Source: Callorhinchus milii
Taxonomy: Eukaryota
Direction of reading: 5' to 3'
Length of the DNA: 64,000 bases
NCBI RefSeq assembly: GCF_018977255.1
Contig: NW_024704743.1
Location: 85,562,001 to 85,626,000, forward strand
Numbering within the stretch: position 1 is the first letter of the stretch; the number at the start of each line of letters is the position of its first letter. The notes beneath the pieces are model-generated. The model searched no databases, was not told the origin of the DNA, and worked only from the letters and a program-made list of their open reading frames with translations. Below are positions 15,001 to 27,244 of the stretch, one piece after another. The position numbers and the translations under genes were made by a program.

Positions 15001-18000
15001 TTTTAACAGAGAAGACACTAAAAAACATCCAATGTACTCTATTTGAGCTCCCGGATTTTGATACAGTATTACAATACAATTTACAATTATATAGTGTTTT
15101 CACATTTGGAGGCTGTCTCAAAGTGCTTGGCACTGCTGGCTGGCCACTTGAGCTAGTGGGTAATATAATAATATTAAATGGGAGCCAGAAGGGCAAAGGG
15201 AAAGTTGATTGAAAGTGCGGTCAAAGAGATATGAGCAAGGTTTATCATATGATAAAGTCTTTGACTATAAAAATTGTAGTTAACAAATACTGAAATTCCA
15301 TCTAAGTGGAATCCAATGAATACAGTGATTGTGGCATTATATCACCTCAAAGATCAAAGCTACTACAATTTTTAAAAAAATCTTACCTTCCATAGCGCTC
15401 CACAATGAAGCTCACATTGTGATCACCTGGGATAATATTGATTATGAACAAAGTATTAGTAATACAGTATTAATACACTAATAAAGTGATATTAAATAAT
15501 ATTCTTTTAAAAAACATAGAAAACTTACCAACATATGTCCCAGTTATTTTGCAAGTTATTGTACCCATCGAACTATGCTCACTTTCAAGCTCCAAGCCAT
15601 ACCTAAAAAGTCCAAAGTGTAAAATCAAATTCTTGCAAATCCTTTATAAAAAAATAAAATTATTATTATTTGATATAGAGCCTTTGATTTGATATTTGAT
15701 ATAGAGTCTTATCACATCTTTGCGACATCTCAAAGCGCTTCACAAAATATACTGTAAAATAGTTTCAGTAATTTAAATAAAGCATAAATGAATATTAAAA
15801 AATAACAATCTTACAAAGTATCGGAATCAGGATGAAGGAGTTCACAAGGCATTCCTCCAAAATAGACTCTGTAAATGAAGTTGCATAACAAAGTTAATTA
15901 AGTAGTGCTATAATAATATCCGTGCATTTGATAAGGATTATTATTATTATTATATAGCACCTTTTATGTCACAAGGACACCTCAAAGCGCTTTACACAAT
16001 TTAATAAAGTGTAGTGACTGTGTATTTTGTAGACAACATGTTACCTTCATTTTAAATGTTTCTCCTTTTGAGTAAGGTGTTAATTAAACTTCAGATGCTA
16101 AAGTAATGATATTTCAATTCAAGGTCGTATTCCATATACTAAAAGTGGTCCAATATAGGTAAAAGGACTTAGAATCAAAAAGGATGTTCTTTTCAATGCT
16201 TTGGTGTATACTGTTTTGCTTTACTGTGTCTGTTGAACAATGATTCAACATGTGGAATTATAATAGACTGAGGAAATTAAGACATCTTAACTTGAAAGCC
16301 TGTGGAGAGATCCAAAGTTACTTCCTGGCTTAGTGGCAGATGAGATAGAAAGGCTACTTCACCACATGACTACAGAACTCATTTTTTTCTCTCACTAATT
16401 AATAATAATAATAATAATTTTCACTGCTTCTCTCCTGAAGATATTTAAATCCTTTTTTCTTTTAATGGTATATCGTTTCATAAATGTTATTTGCTACCAA
16501 GTGTTTATCATTGATGTTTGGATCCTCATCAAAAAAATGTAAGGATTATATCTCGCAAGAAGATTTTTCAGATCAAATTACTGGTCGGCAGGTGTAAAGA
16601 AAAGTTCCAAAAACAGCCATAAAATGCTCGTCCAATTTATATGGAGGATTGTTGGTCAGGAGACTGGAAGAAGCAACCCTGGTTCCGAACTGCAACATTG
16701 GATTCTTAACATCTCCCTGAAAGGGCAGACAGGATCCTGGTTTCATATTTCACCTGAAGGATGGCACCTTCTAAATTGTAGCGCTCCCCTCAGCATTAAA
16801 CCAGAGTAACTAAACAGACTAAACAGTTTTTTTAAAAAAATAGTCTAGTTTACCTCAGAAGCCTAGTTTTCTTAGAACTCTGTACTGAATGACTGCCAAA
16901 GACATCAGTGAATACTTGTCCGTGCATAGTAATGAGTGTACCTAGAAACCCAAAACATGACATCAGAAACAAGACATCAGAATCTCGCAGTTAACAGAAT
17001 TTAAAAACAGACTCATCTTGTGTGGGCTGACATATATTATGTGATTATAATAAATCATTGAATGATTCTTGATGCATTTGACAGTGGTGTGAGTTGTTGG
17101 ATGAGATGCTCCACTTGATTCCTCCCACCCCAAGGACCCCTCTGTGTTGAAAACTGCTCGGCCTTTGAAAGCAGCTAAATTAGGATAGTAACTTAATTCA
17201 GCAATTATCCTGTGTCACAGAACTCAAATGCTGCCTGATCTGAAATCAAACTGAAACCAGAGGTATAGAAAACAAAGGTGATGTCAATTGTGTTTTTAAA
17301 AAAAGAGCATTTCAATGTACACTCGTCAGGGGCAAGTGGTGATAGTCCCCAGCTATAGTTTACGAATCGCTCAAAATCTAGAATGTTTAATAATGTGTTT
17401 GATGTGATAATTATTAAACCAAATGGATTATGAAGCACAGGAATTTCATTCTTCTAACTGATCTTTTCCTCAATTTAGACCTGCTTGTCCCAACACAGCC
17501 CTTCCAGAAAACAGGTGAAAAAGGCATTAGTTTCTGCAAGTAGCATGAGGGAATTTTTGCTTTGCTCTTGTTTTACTGATCAGATGAGAAAATACACATT
17601 TTTTCCTTAAAAATTTAAAATCAGACCTGGTAATCCAGATATCGGAAAAATTCCATCGATGGTAGGTGTTTTGTCCAATCTGGACTGTAAAAAACAAAGT
17701 CAGAAGTTATTGATGCTAACAGCCTTTAGCTTGATTCAGCCATCCAAGCTCTTTAGGCTAATAGCATAGGTGGGTATTTGTTTTAATATTATAGGATGGA
17801 TTTCTGACTCCATTAACTTATAGTGGACAGTGAAAGCTGCCTGTGTTTTTTCTATGACCCACCACTCCTGTCATATAACTGTTGTGTCTTCTGAATATAC
17901 TCTTAATAAGGAATCTTGTTAGAGGTCCATGCTCCGTGCTGAAGTGGTGTTCCTATGGCTCTGCATGATGTACTTCCAGTTATCAGAGGGTTTCCCTTTC

Positions 18001-20827
18001 TGCGTGACTTGTATTCCATATTAAATAATCCTGTTGGAAGTTATTTAGACCCTTATACATTTTTTTTAGATGTGTGTGCTTAAAAATATCCCACTGACCC
18101 TAAAGGACCATCTGTAGCCACTGTCAGTGATTGGAACTCCATCTACACTCACAGCAACATAATATCTGTCATCTGGTAGAGGTCTGCAAAACAAGGGAAA
18201 GGCTCAATTTCTGTGTATTACAACATTTCTAAATCTGCATTAATATAGGCCTATATATACAAGATGCATACAGTCTATCTCGCCAGTTCCAAATATAACT
18301 ACTTCCTCTCCTTAGCTAACATATTCCGCATTAATGAAAAGCATTCCATCTTAATAATAATGTTTGATATAGCACCTTATCGGGTTTCAAAGCTTATTTT
18401 GTAGGTGAAAACAACAGCCAATTTGCACCTGGAATATCCCACAAACAGCCATGAAGTGAGTGACCAATTTTATTTGGAGTTTTGTTGGCCCGAATACTGG
18501 GAGAAATTCCTGATGAACAGGAAGGAGCCTGGTGTCTGATAGGGGACACAAACACATATGTTACGTTATGCCAGAATCTGGGAGTCACCGTCACTTTTGT
18601 CTCCAGTTGTGAGCATAATATTAATAGACACTTCAGAATACACTACAAGTTCCAAACAAGAGTACACTTATTACGCGTATTAGTTGCCCTGAGAAGGTAG
18701 TGGTGAGGTCTACTTTCAGTTAGAATTAATATTAAGTTGCATTTGCTTTTTCTTAAATAGTGTACATTTTGTTACTTCCTTAAAGGCCTGAAATTCCACC
18801 TAGCTTTAGCATGTAAAATTAGGTTGTCTTAAAATACATGACTACAGAATTGTGTAAAATTCCTAAATTCAATCTTAATTTGGAAGCTGGTTCTTTCTAA
18901 TAACAGACATAGCAAATTAAGGGAGGGAAGAGGGAAGAGAGTGTTTTTAGGTTTCTGAAATCCAATCCCATGGCACATCCAAAGACCGTTCACTTAAAAA
19001 CATTTATTTAAATAAAAATCTGTGAAATAAATTCTAACTTTTCTAACACATGGAGTCAATTATTTAATACTTAGGCTAAATTCTACCTGGTGATGCAAAT
19101 GATTTGTGTTTCATCGCTGGAGTCCTTCTCCACATCACAGGGGATGGATCTCACGTCAGACACCAGGCTCACACTGTTTCCTAACTTTTCGTTTCCAGAT
19201 CCGTAATTAAACTGATTTTCTCCCGCAAATCCTGTAAAGAAAAACAATGTATGTTATTGCGAACACAGGATTGAGATTTCCGAGTATACTCAATACAAAA
19301 GACAAACAACTTCTTACCTGTGCCTCTGATGGTCAACCTAGTTGCTCCATTTGTGCTACCAATATGAGGCTCAATATGAGAAATTGCTGCATCTGAAAAA
19401 ATAAATTGGGTCATATTTCAGTTCTAAACTAAAATGGATGAAATTTGCTAAATAATTCAAATTAAGGAATTGATATTCACAATTACACAGTTCCATTTAA
19501 CTTTTCACGTTAATAATCCTTGGACTTGATATAATGCCTATAATGTTGAAAAGCCTCAGAGCATATCACATGTAATTGTTGTCAAATGCAGTGATCCGAT
19601 ACAACCACAGAGGGCTGGCTCGATTCTGACATTCTATTACCAGGCATGTTACCTAGGCCCCAGTTCAGCTCCAAGGAAACCCTGCTTACCTCCCCCCAAG
19701 ATGTATGTAATCCAACACCTCAGCCAATTTGTACATATCAAGTTCCACAAATTCAGCAATTTGACTCATTCATTTACAGAATTGTTGACTAGGACACTGG
19801 GAGAAACTCCCTTTTTCAAATTGTGTCATGGGATATTTAATGTTCAACTATGCAATGGCAATATGATTACCCCTGCTGTAGTCAAAACACTAAACTCTAT
19901 CGATTATGTGATTTCTGACCTCTTCAAAAACAAAGATCTAATTAAATCTCTTTTGAGAAAAAAGTTACGTTTCCACATTTTTATTTCTGGCAGGTTGTCT
20001 GACACATGCGGAAGGAAACCCATTATCATACTTAAGAATATTCAAACCAAACTGAGTGTTCCACATATGTACGTCACTCACACATGAAAATTTCCCTGTT
20101 TACGGAGTGGAATGCACAATCTCTCTCTGGAGGAACATAACCTGCTTACCTAATTCTGGAGAGCACTTATAATGATGATAATAATATAATAATAATAATC
20201 CTTGCATTTGATATAGCGCCTTATCACATCTTCTAGACGTCTCAAATTGCTTCACAGAATATGCTGTAAAGTGAATTGACTGTATATTTGTGGGCGAAAC
20301 GCGGCAGTTTGTGTCCCACAAACATTCGTGGATTGAAAATGACCAATTTATTATTGTTTTGTTTTTTGGAGGGATTATTATCAGGCGTGTGGAGTAAGGA
20401 AACTTACCCAAGGTTTCGCCCTATCTAGAATTGAACCCAGGTGTCTCGCTTGCAAGGCGAGTGCTCTAACCACTGAGCTACAATATATGAATACAGTAAT
20501 GATATCAATTATAAAATTATTATTATTTATTATTTTTAAAAACCCTTGCATTTGGTATAACGTCTTTCATGTCGGGAGGACGTCTAAAGTGCTTCACAGG
20601 ATATGCTGTAAAGTGCAATGATTGTATTTTGTGAATAAATGTGGCAGCCAATTTTGCACACAGCAATGCCCACAAACAGCCATTTTTATAAAAATGGTTT
20701 CATTTTCAAAACAAATATTTGTTACAAATGAATATAGTTACCCAGATGTACCTGTGTTTCTTTGAAAGGAGATGGAGAGAACAATAAGAACTATCTGAAA
20801 CCTACGCCACAGCAGCTTGGGTTTCAT
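1..20827 (-). CDS. PKHD1L1: PKHD1-like 1 (fibrocystin-L), 5' part: coding exons 1-21, continues off the left edge
   Basis: 21 GT-AG exons with consistent phases, 2256 nt = 752 codons with no stop. Signal peptide, IPT/TIG repeats and a PA14-like region. Recognisable peptides: [50 protein letters not shown]. Lies downstream of ENY2 in the same orientation, as in other vertebrates. Confidence 0.95.
1260..1382 (-). CDS. PKHD1L1: PKHD1L1 exon 20
   Basis: [41 protein letters not shown]. Confidence 0.92.
3197..3310 (-). CDS. PKHD1L1: PKHD1L1 exon 19
   Basis: [38 protein letters not shown]. Confidence 0.93.
3718..3875 (-). CDS. PKHD1L1: PKHD1L1 exon 18
   Basis: [53 protein letters not shown]. Confidence 0.95.
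4480..4623 (-). CDS. PKHD1L1: PKHD1L1 exon 17
   Basis: [48 protein letters not shown]. Confidence 0.94.
5652..5787 (-). CDS. PKHD1L1: PKHD1L1 exon 16
   Basis: [45 protein letters not shown]. Confidence 0.94.
5848..6700 (-). mobile_element. L2-clade LINE, 5'-truncated 3' fragment
   Basis: [10 protein letters not shown]...[10 protein letters not shown] post-RT peptide; (TTG)n tail. Confidence 0.85.
6736..7408 (+). mobile_element. solo LTR (Gypsy-like)
   Basis: TGTTGGGAT...ATCCCAACA 9-bp terminal inverted repeat with TG..CA ends; TTGA 4-bp duplication on both sides; AATAAA near 7337. Confidence 0.8.
7437..8060 (-). mobile_element. degraded L2 LINE 3' fragment
   Basis: [19 protein letters not shown]...[10 protein letters not shown]. 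Confidence 0.8.
8083..8429 (-). mobile_element. tRNA-derived SINE, long subtype
   Basis: tRNA-like head GGAGTCCTGTAGC..GGTTAGAGCACTCGC; L2-like tail with (TTA)n. Confidence 0.85.
8925..9084 (-). CDS. PKHD1L1: PKHD1L1 exon 15
   Basis: [53 protein letters not shown]. Confidence 0.94.
9315..9665 (+). mobile_element. degraded CR1 LINE fragment
   Basis: [31 protein letters not shown]. Confidence 0.75.
9784..9884 (-). CDS. PKHD1L1: PKHD1L1 exon 14
   Basis: [35 protein letters not shown]-terminal HLQKGKE is conserved; phases fit both neighbours. Confidence 0.85.
10072..11292. repeat. long imperfect inverted repeat (arms ~10072-10490 and ~10884-11292)
   Basis: Colinear reverse-complement matches along both arms, e.g. 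GATTTACTCATCCACCAA / TTGGTGGATGAGTAAATC and ATGTAAAATGAAGAATTT / AAATTCTTCATTTTACAT. Confidence 0.9.
11512..11821 (-). mobile_element. tRNA-Ala(UGC)-derived SINE, short subtype, well preserved
   Basis: A box TAGCTCAGTGG; anticodon arm CTCGC-TTTGCAA-GCGAG; B box GAGTTCAATTCC; tail ATCAAATGCAAGGATTATTATT. Confidence 0.92.
12054..12319 (-). CDS. PKHD1L1: PKHD1L1 exon 13 (PA14-like region)
   Basis: [15 protein letters not shown]...[23 protein letters not shown]...HPQDK. Confidence 0.96.
13047..13136 (-). CDS. PKHD1L1: PKHD1L1 exon 12
   Basis: [30 protein letters not shown]. Confidence 0.93.
13651..13761 (-). CDS. PKHD1L1: PKHD1L1 exon 11 (IPT/TIG repeat)
   Basis: [37 protein letters not shown]. 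Confidence 0.95.
14498..14568 (-). CDS. PKHD1L1: PKHD1L1 exon 10
   Basis: [23 protein letters not shown]. Confidence 0.93.
15387..15426 (-). CDS. PKHD1L1: PKHD1L1 exon 9
   Basis: [14 protein letters not shown]. Confidence 0.9.
15529..15602 (-). CDS. PKHD1L1: PKHD1L1 exon 8
   Basis: [24 protein letters not shown]. Confidence 0.92.
15815..15868 (-). CDS. PKHD1L1: PKHD1L1 exon 7
   Basis: [18 protein letters not shown]. Confidence 0.93.
16854..16941 (-). CDS. PKHD1L1: PKHD1L1 exon 6
   Basis: [30 protein letters not shown]. Confidence 0.92.
17627..17684 (-). CDS. PKHD1L1: PKHD1L1 exon 5
   Basis: [19 protein letters not shown]. Confidence 0.9.
18099..18183 (-). CDS. PKHD1L1: PKHD1L1 exon 4
   Basis: [28 protein letters not shown]; donor gtcagt; phase fits exon 5. 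Confidence 0.85.
19087..19231 (-). CDS. PKHD1L1: PKHD1L1 exon 3
   Basis: [49 protein letters not shown]. Confidence 0.95.
19318..19392 (-). CDS. PKHD1L1: PKHD1L1 exon 2
   Basis: [29 protein letters not shown] flanks. Confidence 0.93.
20180..20482 (-). mobile_element. tRNA-derived SINE
   Basis: Same family as the 11512 copy. Confidence 0.9.
20752..20827 (-). CDS. PKHD1L1: PKHD1L1 exon 1 (signal peptide)
   Basis: ATG with A at -3; [25 protein letters not shown]; phase-1 donor CAG|gtacat matches exon 2. Confidence 0.75.
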
Positions 20828-21024
20828 AGTGCCCCCAAAGTTGTAATGCTGATCCCAACACTTGGTACTTTCTTCTGCACAGAGGAGAATTCACACATTA
20901 ATAGGTGAATAGAGAAAAATGACATTTAGCATCAAACACTCTGCAGTCCCCGAGTTACTGGAATCAAGGAAGTGCCAAGATAAGCAAATTCAGATGTGAA
21001 TAATGGAATAATACCACCCTATCT

Positions 21025-21310
21025 TCAACCTCTCTTTCCTTTCCAAGGTCCTGGAACGAGTTGTTGCTTCCCAGCTTCACTCTTTCCTCTTCTGCCACTC
21101 TCTTCACAAATCAAACTGCTCACAGCACAGAAATAGCTTTGGTCAAAGTGCCAGATGACATTTTGTCCACCTGCGACCAGGGCTCCCTCTGCCTCCTTGT
21201 CCTCCTTGACCTCTCTGCTGCCTTCGATACCGTTAACCACTCTATCCTCCTCCACCACCTCTCCTCTTCCCTCAACATTCACGGTTATGTCTTTGAAGAG
21301 TTCAGATCCT
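21025..21310 (+). mobile_element. L2 LINE RT fragment
   Basis: [26 protein letters not shown]. Confidence 0.85.
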
Positions 21311-22674
21311 AACAGATCCTGACATTTTAGCATCACGTTACATTCAGGATCTCAGTCCGGTGTGGATAAAGGGAAACGTGATTACTCTACAAGTGATTAG
21401 GTTGCGCTCTACATATAAAATTGTTAACTGTGTAGTTACAAATATAGAATAAGATATCTTTTTAATCTTATCCTATCAAGTTTGTGCGTCAATTTTACCA
21501 AGATAATCTGTAGGTCACTGTGAACCACCTTACCTGTACCCACGGCCAGCTCCAGGTAAAAGCATTCAGCTCAGGTTGCTGGCTCTTTACTCTCAGTTTC
21601 TCTGCAACACTATTTATTGTGTGCAAGGGGGTGGAGAGATAAGGATCATCATAGGAACTGGGTGGAGTGAGTTGCATTGATATTTGATCATGATTATTCA
21701 TATCACTAATCGAGATGACTGTTAGCAACCAATTGTAAACAGCATCATATGGATTAGTTGAATTGGAAATGAGATGTGTTTGTGACTGTGTGAAGCACTA
21801 TAAAACATGTCATATAAATCATCTAGGCATAGATTACAATTATTTTTGAAAACTTATCACTTGGCATTGCTACTCATATAGATCATATATAAAATATATG
21901 AGAATCTAACTTTTAGGTTGTCTCTCTGAGCTGAAATTGTCATTTTTTCCCACTTCGTGTTACATTTGAAGCAGTGCCTGCCTTTCATGTCGGGAAGACA
22001 TCTCATTAAAGTGTTTCATAAGATTTACAGTAATGTGTAGTGACTGTGTATTTTGTAGATGAATTTTGGAAATGGGAGTTGATGGTGATTCAACAATTTA
22101 TGTTGTGTTTAGCAACCTTTGTGTTTTTATACACTGATCTTTCATTAGTCATTGTTCGACTAGTGAATTTAAAATGTATACACCTACGTGCAATACCTTT
22201 CACATTAAAACGATATGCTAAAGAACTGCAGGAATGATTGTCTTGTGTGTCAGAAAAAAATCTATTTTATACTTTTCATTTATAGTGACTTTCAGCAATT
22301 CAAGTCACACTTGGTGGATCAAATTTTAGATTGAGCTTTTTTGGCACAACAGAATTAATAAGTCTGTCACATTACTCACTAGTATTGCAATACCAAATGT
22401 TTTCTATATTAAAAAGAGGAAGTCTATAAAGTTGAGAGAGTAGTTGAGGGAGCTGGACTGGAAGTTTTATAATAATATTCCTTGCATATTGGAAGGATAT
22501 CTCAAAGCACTTCACAAAATTTACTGTAATAGTGTAGGGATTGTGTATTTCATGATGAATGCGGCAGTCCCACAAACAGCCATGAGGTGAATGATTAATT
22601 TGGGGGATTGATGGCCAGGCCACTGGGAAAACTCTTTCGTCTTGTTGAAAATTGCCTTGGAATCTTTTATGTCC

Positions 22675-24510
22675 TTGGCCCCCTCCCCACCCAGCTTCTG
22701 GTCACCCAACTCCCCCTCCTCTGCCCACTACTGGCTGATACAATCAACCAAACCCTCTCCTCAGGCTCTGTGCCACTCCCCCTCAAAACCACTGTCATCA
22801 CTCCTCTCCTCAAAAAACCTACCCTTGATTCCTCCAACCCCACGAATCTCAGACCCATTTCAAACCTGCCCAAAGTTTTGGAACGCGTAGTTGCAAATCA
22901 ACTTCGCTCACACTTCTCCCTCCACTCTCTACTTGAACCTCTCCAGTCCTGTTTTCATCCTGCCCACAGCACAGAGACAGCGCTTGTCAAAGTAACAAAT
23001 GACGACCTCTCTCCCTGTGTGATCAGGGCTCCCTCTGCCTCCTCGACCTCTCTGCCACGTTTGACACAGTCGATCACCTCATCCTCCTCCACTGCCTGTC
23101 TTCCCTCATTCACCTTAGTGGGAACGCACTCCCATGGTTTGAGTCCTACTTACGTCTACTCCCACCGGTCATCTGCGGGGTACCCCAAGGCTCTACCTTG
23201 GTGCCTTTCTTTTCCTTATCTACATGCTCCCTCTCAGCGATGTCATCTGCAGTCATGGGATCAACTTCTACATGTATGTGGATAACACCTAAATCTACTT
23301 CTCTTCCTCCACCTGTGACTTCCTGTCCGCTGATATCCTGTCAACAACCTCTTCTTTCCTGTGGGTCTGAACTCCTCAACTTCCCCGGGTTCTCCCTCAG
23401 ACTCACCGAACCTGTGCGTAATTTAGATGTCAAGTTTGATCCCCAGCTTTCCTTTCTAATCCACATCCGTTCCCTAACAAGGATCGCTTTCTCCACCTCC
23501 AACACACCTCTGTTTACATAGCAGTAAGTCGGAACCCGCTTGGTAGTCGATTGGCGGATCGCTTTTCCGGGGATAATAATTCCTTCCAAAAAAAAATAAT
23601 AGTAATAAATTGGTCACTAAATTCACGATTGTTTGTGGGACACTGCTGTACGCAATTGACTGCCGCGTTTTGTCCACAAAATATAGTCAATTCACTTTAC
23701 AATATATTCTGTGAAGCGCTTTGAGATGCCTCGAAGATGTGATAAGGCAGTATATCAAATGCAAGGATTATTATTATTATTGTCCATCAACATCCGTACT
23801 TCACAATAAAAGCAGCCGAAACGCTTCGTCACTTCCTGGCTGGACTATTCCAATATCCTCCCTAATGGTCTCCCCAACTCCATGATACACAAAATTCAAC
23901 TAATTCAGAACTCCGCCATCCGGATTCTCATCCGCACAAAACTCCAGACCCCCATCACACTAGTCCTTGCCGGGCTGCAATGGCTACCAATTACCGAATG
24001 GATCGATTTCAAGATCCTGTCACTCATTTTCAAAATCCTTTCATGCCCTCGCAGCAACAACAACTTGCATTTATATAGTGCCCTCCACACCACGCGGCGT
24101 GTCAGAGCACTTAACAATGGCGGAGCTGGACGCCGAGCCAGGGGAGGGGGAAGGTGACCGTAGGGGCGGTCGAAGAGGTGACTGCGCCTCCCTACCTATC
24201 CGATTTGCTTACTCCCCACTCCATCACTCTGTGTCTCCACTTGGCTAGCTCTGGCTTCCTGTTCGTCCTTTGCTCCCTCCGCTCAATCATCGGCGGCCGT
24301 GCCTTGAGCCACTACGCCCCGAAACTCTGGAACTCTCTCCCTTAATCCCTCTGCTTTGTCCCCTTCCTCCCCACTTTCAGGAAGGCCTTCCTTTTTGATT
24401 GTGCTCATGGTCATCTCCCCTTTCCATCTCCCCCTTGGCTCGTTGTCAGACTCCGCCACTGTCAAGCGCTCCGGAACTCTCCCTGTTGTTGTTGTTGTTG
24501 TTGTTGTTGA
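22675..24510 (+). mobile_element. degraded L2 LINE (RT to tail), interrupted by a SINE (~23505-23781) and an inverted L2 tail (~24055-24178)
   Basis: [38 protein letters not shown]; (TTG)n tail at 24484-24509. Confidence 0.88.
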
Positions 24511-26461
24511 AACATTTTTCTGAAAGTCCTTGTTTAGTTAATGGGTGTTACTAAGTAGTCATTTTCATTGAGATTATGTAAATTTCATTTTTGGAACAAA
24601 ATAACAAAGAATATCGTTCTGGTGAAAGAATGGGGAAACTGACTTTAATCATTCAGGACGCTCAGATTGAGCTCAGTCAGGAAAAATCAATGTGAATCAT
24701 TGTCAGGAAATTCAAGGGGAAATCATACAGGTATTTGATGAAAAAAGTCAATTGAGCGATCTGAGAAATAGAGTAGAGTATGATTGCTTTTATTTATTGC
24801 TTTGGGATTAGTTAGATGGGCCACATTGCTCTTTTCTGGTCCTATCATTCCTTTATATGCAATAAAAATCAATATGAAAAACATTGTATTCGGTGATTTA
24901 CTGTTTCCAAGGTAACAGGTGTTGATGGGCAGATAAAATCCAGGAAAACTAAATCCAATAAAATCCCAAAACAGTAACCAGATTTCAAGAATTAAATTGA
25001 GTTAGACTGGGTGAGGTGCATCAAATCTCACCTCACATCTCGTTCATCACGTTTACCCAGTTGAGTCGCTGACACTGCTTTTTACATGGTTTATTGGTGG
25101 ATTTCTATTCTGCAATGAAGTTGCTGAGCTCGAAAAAATATTTTAGAAGAAAAGTTGCATTTTCAAGCACAGATGGTGACAACACAGCGATTTGAATTAA
25201 TGCTAAGTGATATTTATGATATGCTTATTTTGAGGGAACAACCTAAAATCAGTCATGATAAGCAATTCGGTGAGAGAACTTGTTTGGGAAACATTTAAAA
25301 CTTGGAGCATTTGGGAAATCCACTGGCAGGCAAGTTTCAACAATATTAATTTTACATTTATAACGGCATCGTAAATGTCAGGAGGACGTCTAAAAGGGCT
25401 CCACTTTTAAAATGTGCAGTAGCAGTTTACCTTGCCATGCCAGTCAGAATTCAATTGCAATGCCATATTAATTTTATGGGCAAGGACCCATGTACAATCA
25501 TCTTGGCAATAACAGAGGTTTGCATTGGGATGTCTATATTGCAGGCAATTTTTCACGGCAACAATAATTTGGCATACATTTGTAATTCACTGAAATTTCA
25601 GAATAGAATTTTGGTACATTTCATTATTGATCATAGGTCATTTATAGTTCATCCATACATTTCTATAAAAAATACACAAAATACAAAGTTACACTGTGTT
25701 CTCATTGTACTGTTAATAACAGTCTGAAATAATAATTCAAACACACTGAACAATCTATCATTGGATATGCAAATGATTTTGTCTTGTACATCATAGCTGT
25801 GGAGGCAAAGGATACGTTCATTGACTGGTATCAAGAGACGCAAACCATAAAAACAAGGAGATAGCTGCATCAAAGGTTTACCACATTGTATTTCCTCATT
25901 TCCTACTTGGTTTACAAGCTTAGTTTATGTGTCAAGAGACAAGGCTTGGGGCCCCCAGAGTGAGTACTGGGGTACTGCTGGAGTTTAACCAGCTAAAATC
26001 AGGCAGCTTGCCATTGAGACCACTGTGGACAAACTTCTCACTAGTTTTCCCAGGTAGGACCACCCTATCCTGCCTTACTTTGACTTGCAAGGTTAACAAG
26101 CTGAGTAGGAAAAGTCCCTGCTCCTAGTAGCCTGTTCGCCCTTCCAAGCCCTACCAATGAGCTACACATTACACCATCATTTGCGTTTCACTGGGATAAT
26201 GAATGAAGTTAGTAAACATTACAGGCTTGAATTTACATGTCAGCATGATTAACCTTAGGATCTCTGATTTGGGAGTAAAGATGCAGAAGTCACACAGAGC
26301 TTACATGAGTTTGTTTTAAAAGGAATTTGCTGATAAAACATGGAAAACAAATACATCCTTGCCAATTTCTTGACAGCAAATATATGTTTTCTTTTCAATG
26401 TATAATATGCACAAAAACAATTACAAAAGATGCAAAATTAATGTTATTTATTCAGCTCATT

Positions 26462-26490
26462 TATGTATGTATGTATGTATGTATGTATGT
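26462..26490. repeat. (TATG)n microsatellite
   Basis: About 7 tandem copies. Confidence 0.9.
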
Positions 26491-27244
26491 TATTCCTATT
26501 GCAAAGGGTGTGCGTGTGAATGTTTATTATGTCAATAGATCCTTTTCTCTACTTAGCATCAGACACTCATAATACAGAGTGGGTTAGATTCCACATCAAA
26601 TACTCTTTCCACAGGTCCAACAATAAACCTCAGCTTCAACTTAATGAAACACCTCTATATTGACTTATTGAACTGATGTGATATTTCACAGCCTCTTAGC
26701 AGCCTATCTGAATGAATGCCAATTTTATATCAGTGACAGTGCCATTTGCATATGGCCATATTATAAGCTATGGTTTGGCATGTGATTAAATTCCACAAAC
26801 TGGGTTCAGGTTGTGCAAACTAGTTTCACCCTTGCAACTATCAGAGAGACAGAGATGAAATTCTTTGGTAAAATTTGTGGCATTTCATAATGCATTTGAT
26901 AACACATTGGATGTACATTATCATGAAATGTTACAAATTTCACCCCCTATAAATCCAATTGCCCTGTGCATCGCTTTTGAATGGAGTTAGTAAACACGAC
27001 AGGGTTGAATTTACACGTTAGCATGATTATCCTGGTGAAATACAAATGAGTGGTGCAATTGGCAGGATTTGAGGGGCAGAACAGTTACTGGGATTTTTCC
27101 CACTCAACCACTGAATTAACATGTTTGGGGGATTAATCTGAGGATCTCTAATTTGGGGATTAAAGAAACAGGAGTCATGCAGAGCAACTGCGTGAATTGA
27201 ATTTACATGTTAGCACCTTAGGATCTCTAATTTGGGCAGGAAAA

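Noticed and set aside
21405..21425. TATA box (CATATAAAA) for PKHD1L1
   Set aside because: Wrong strand for a minus-strand gene; the TSS cannot be placed from sequence alone
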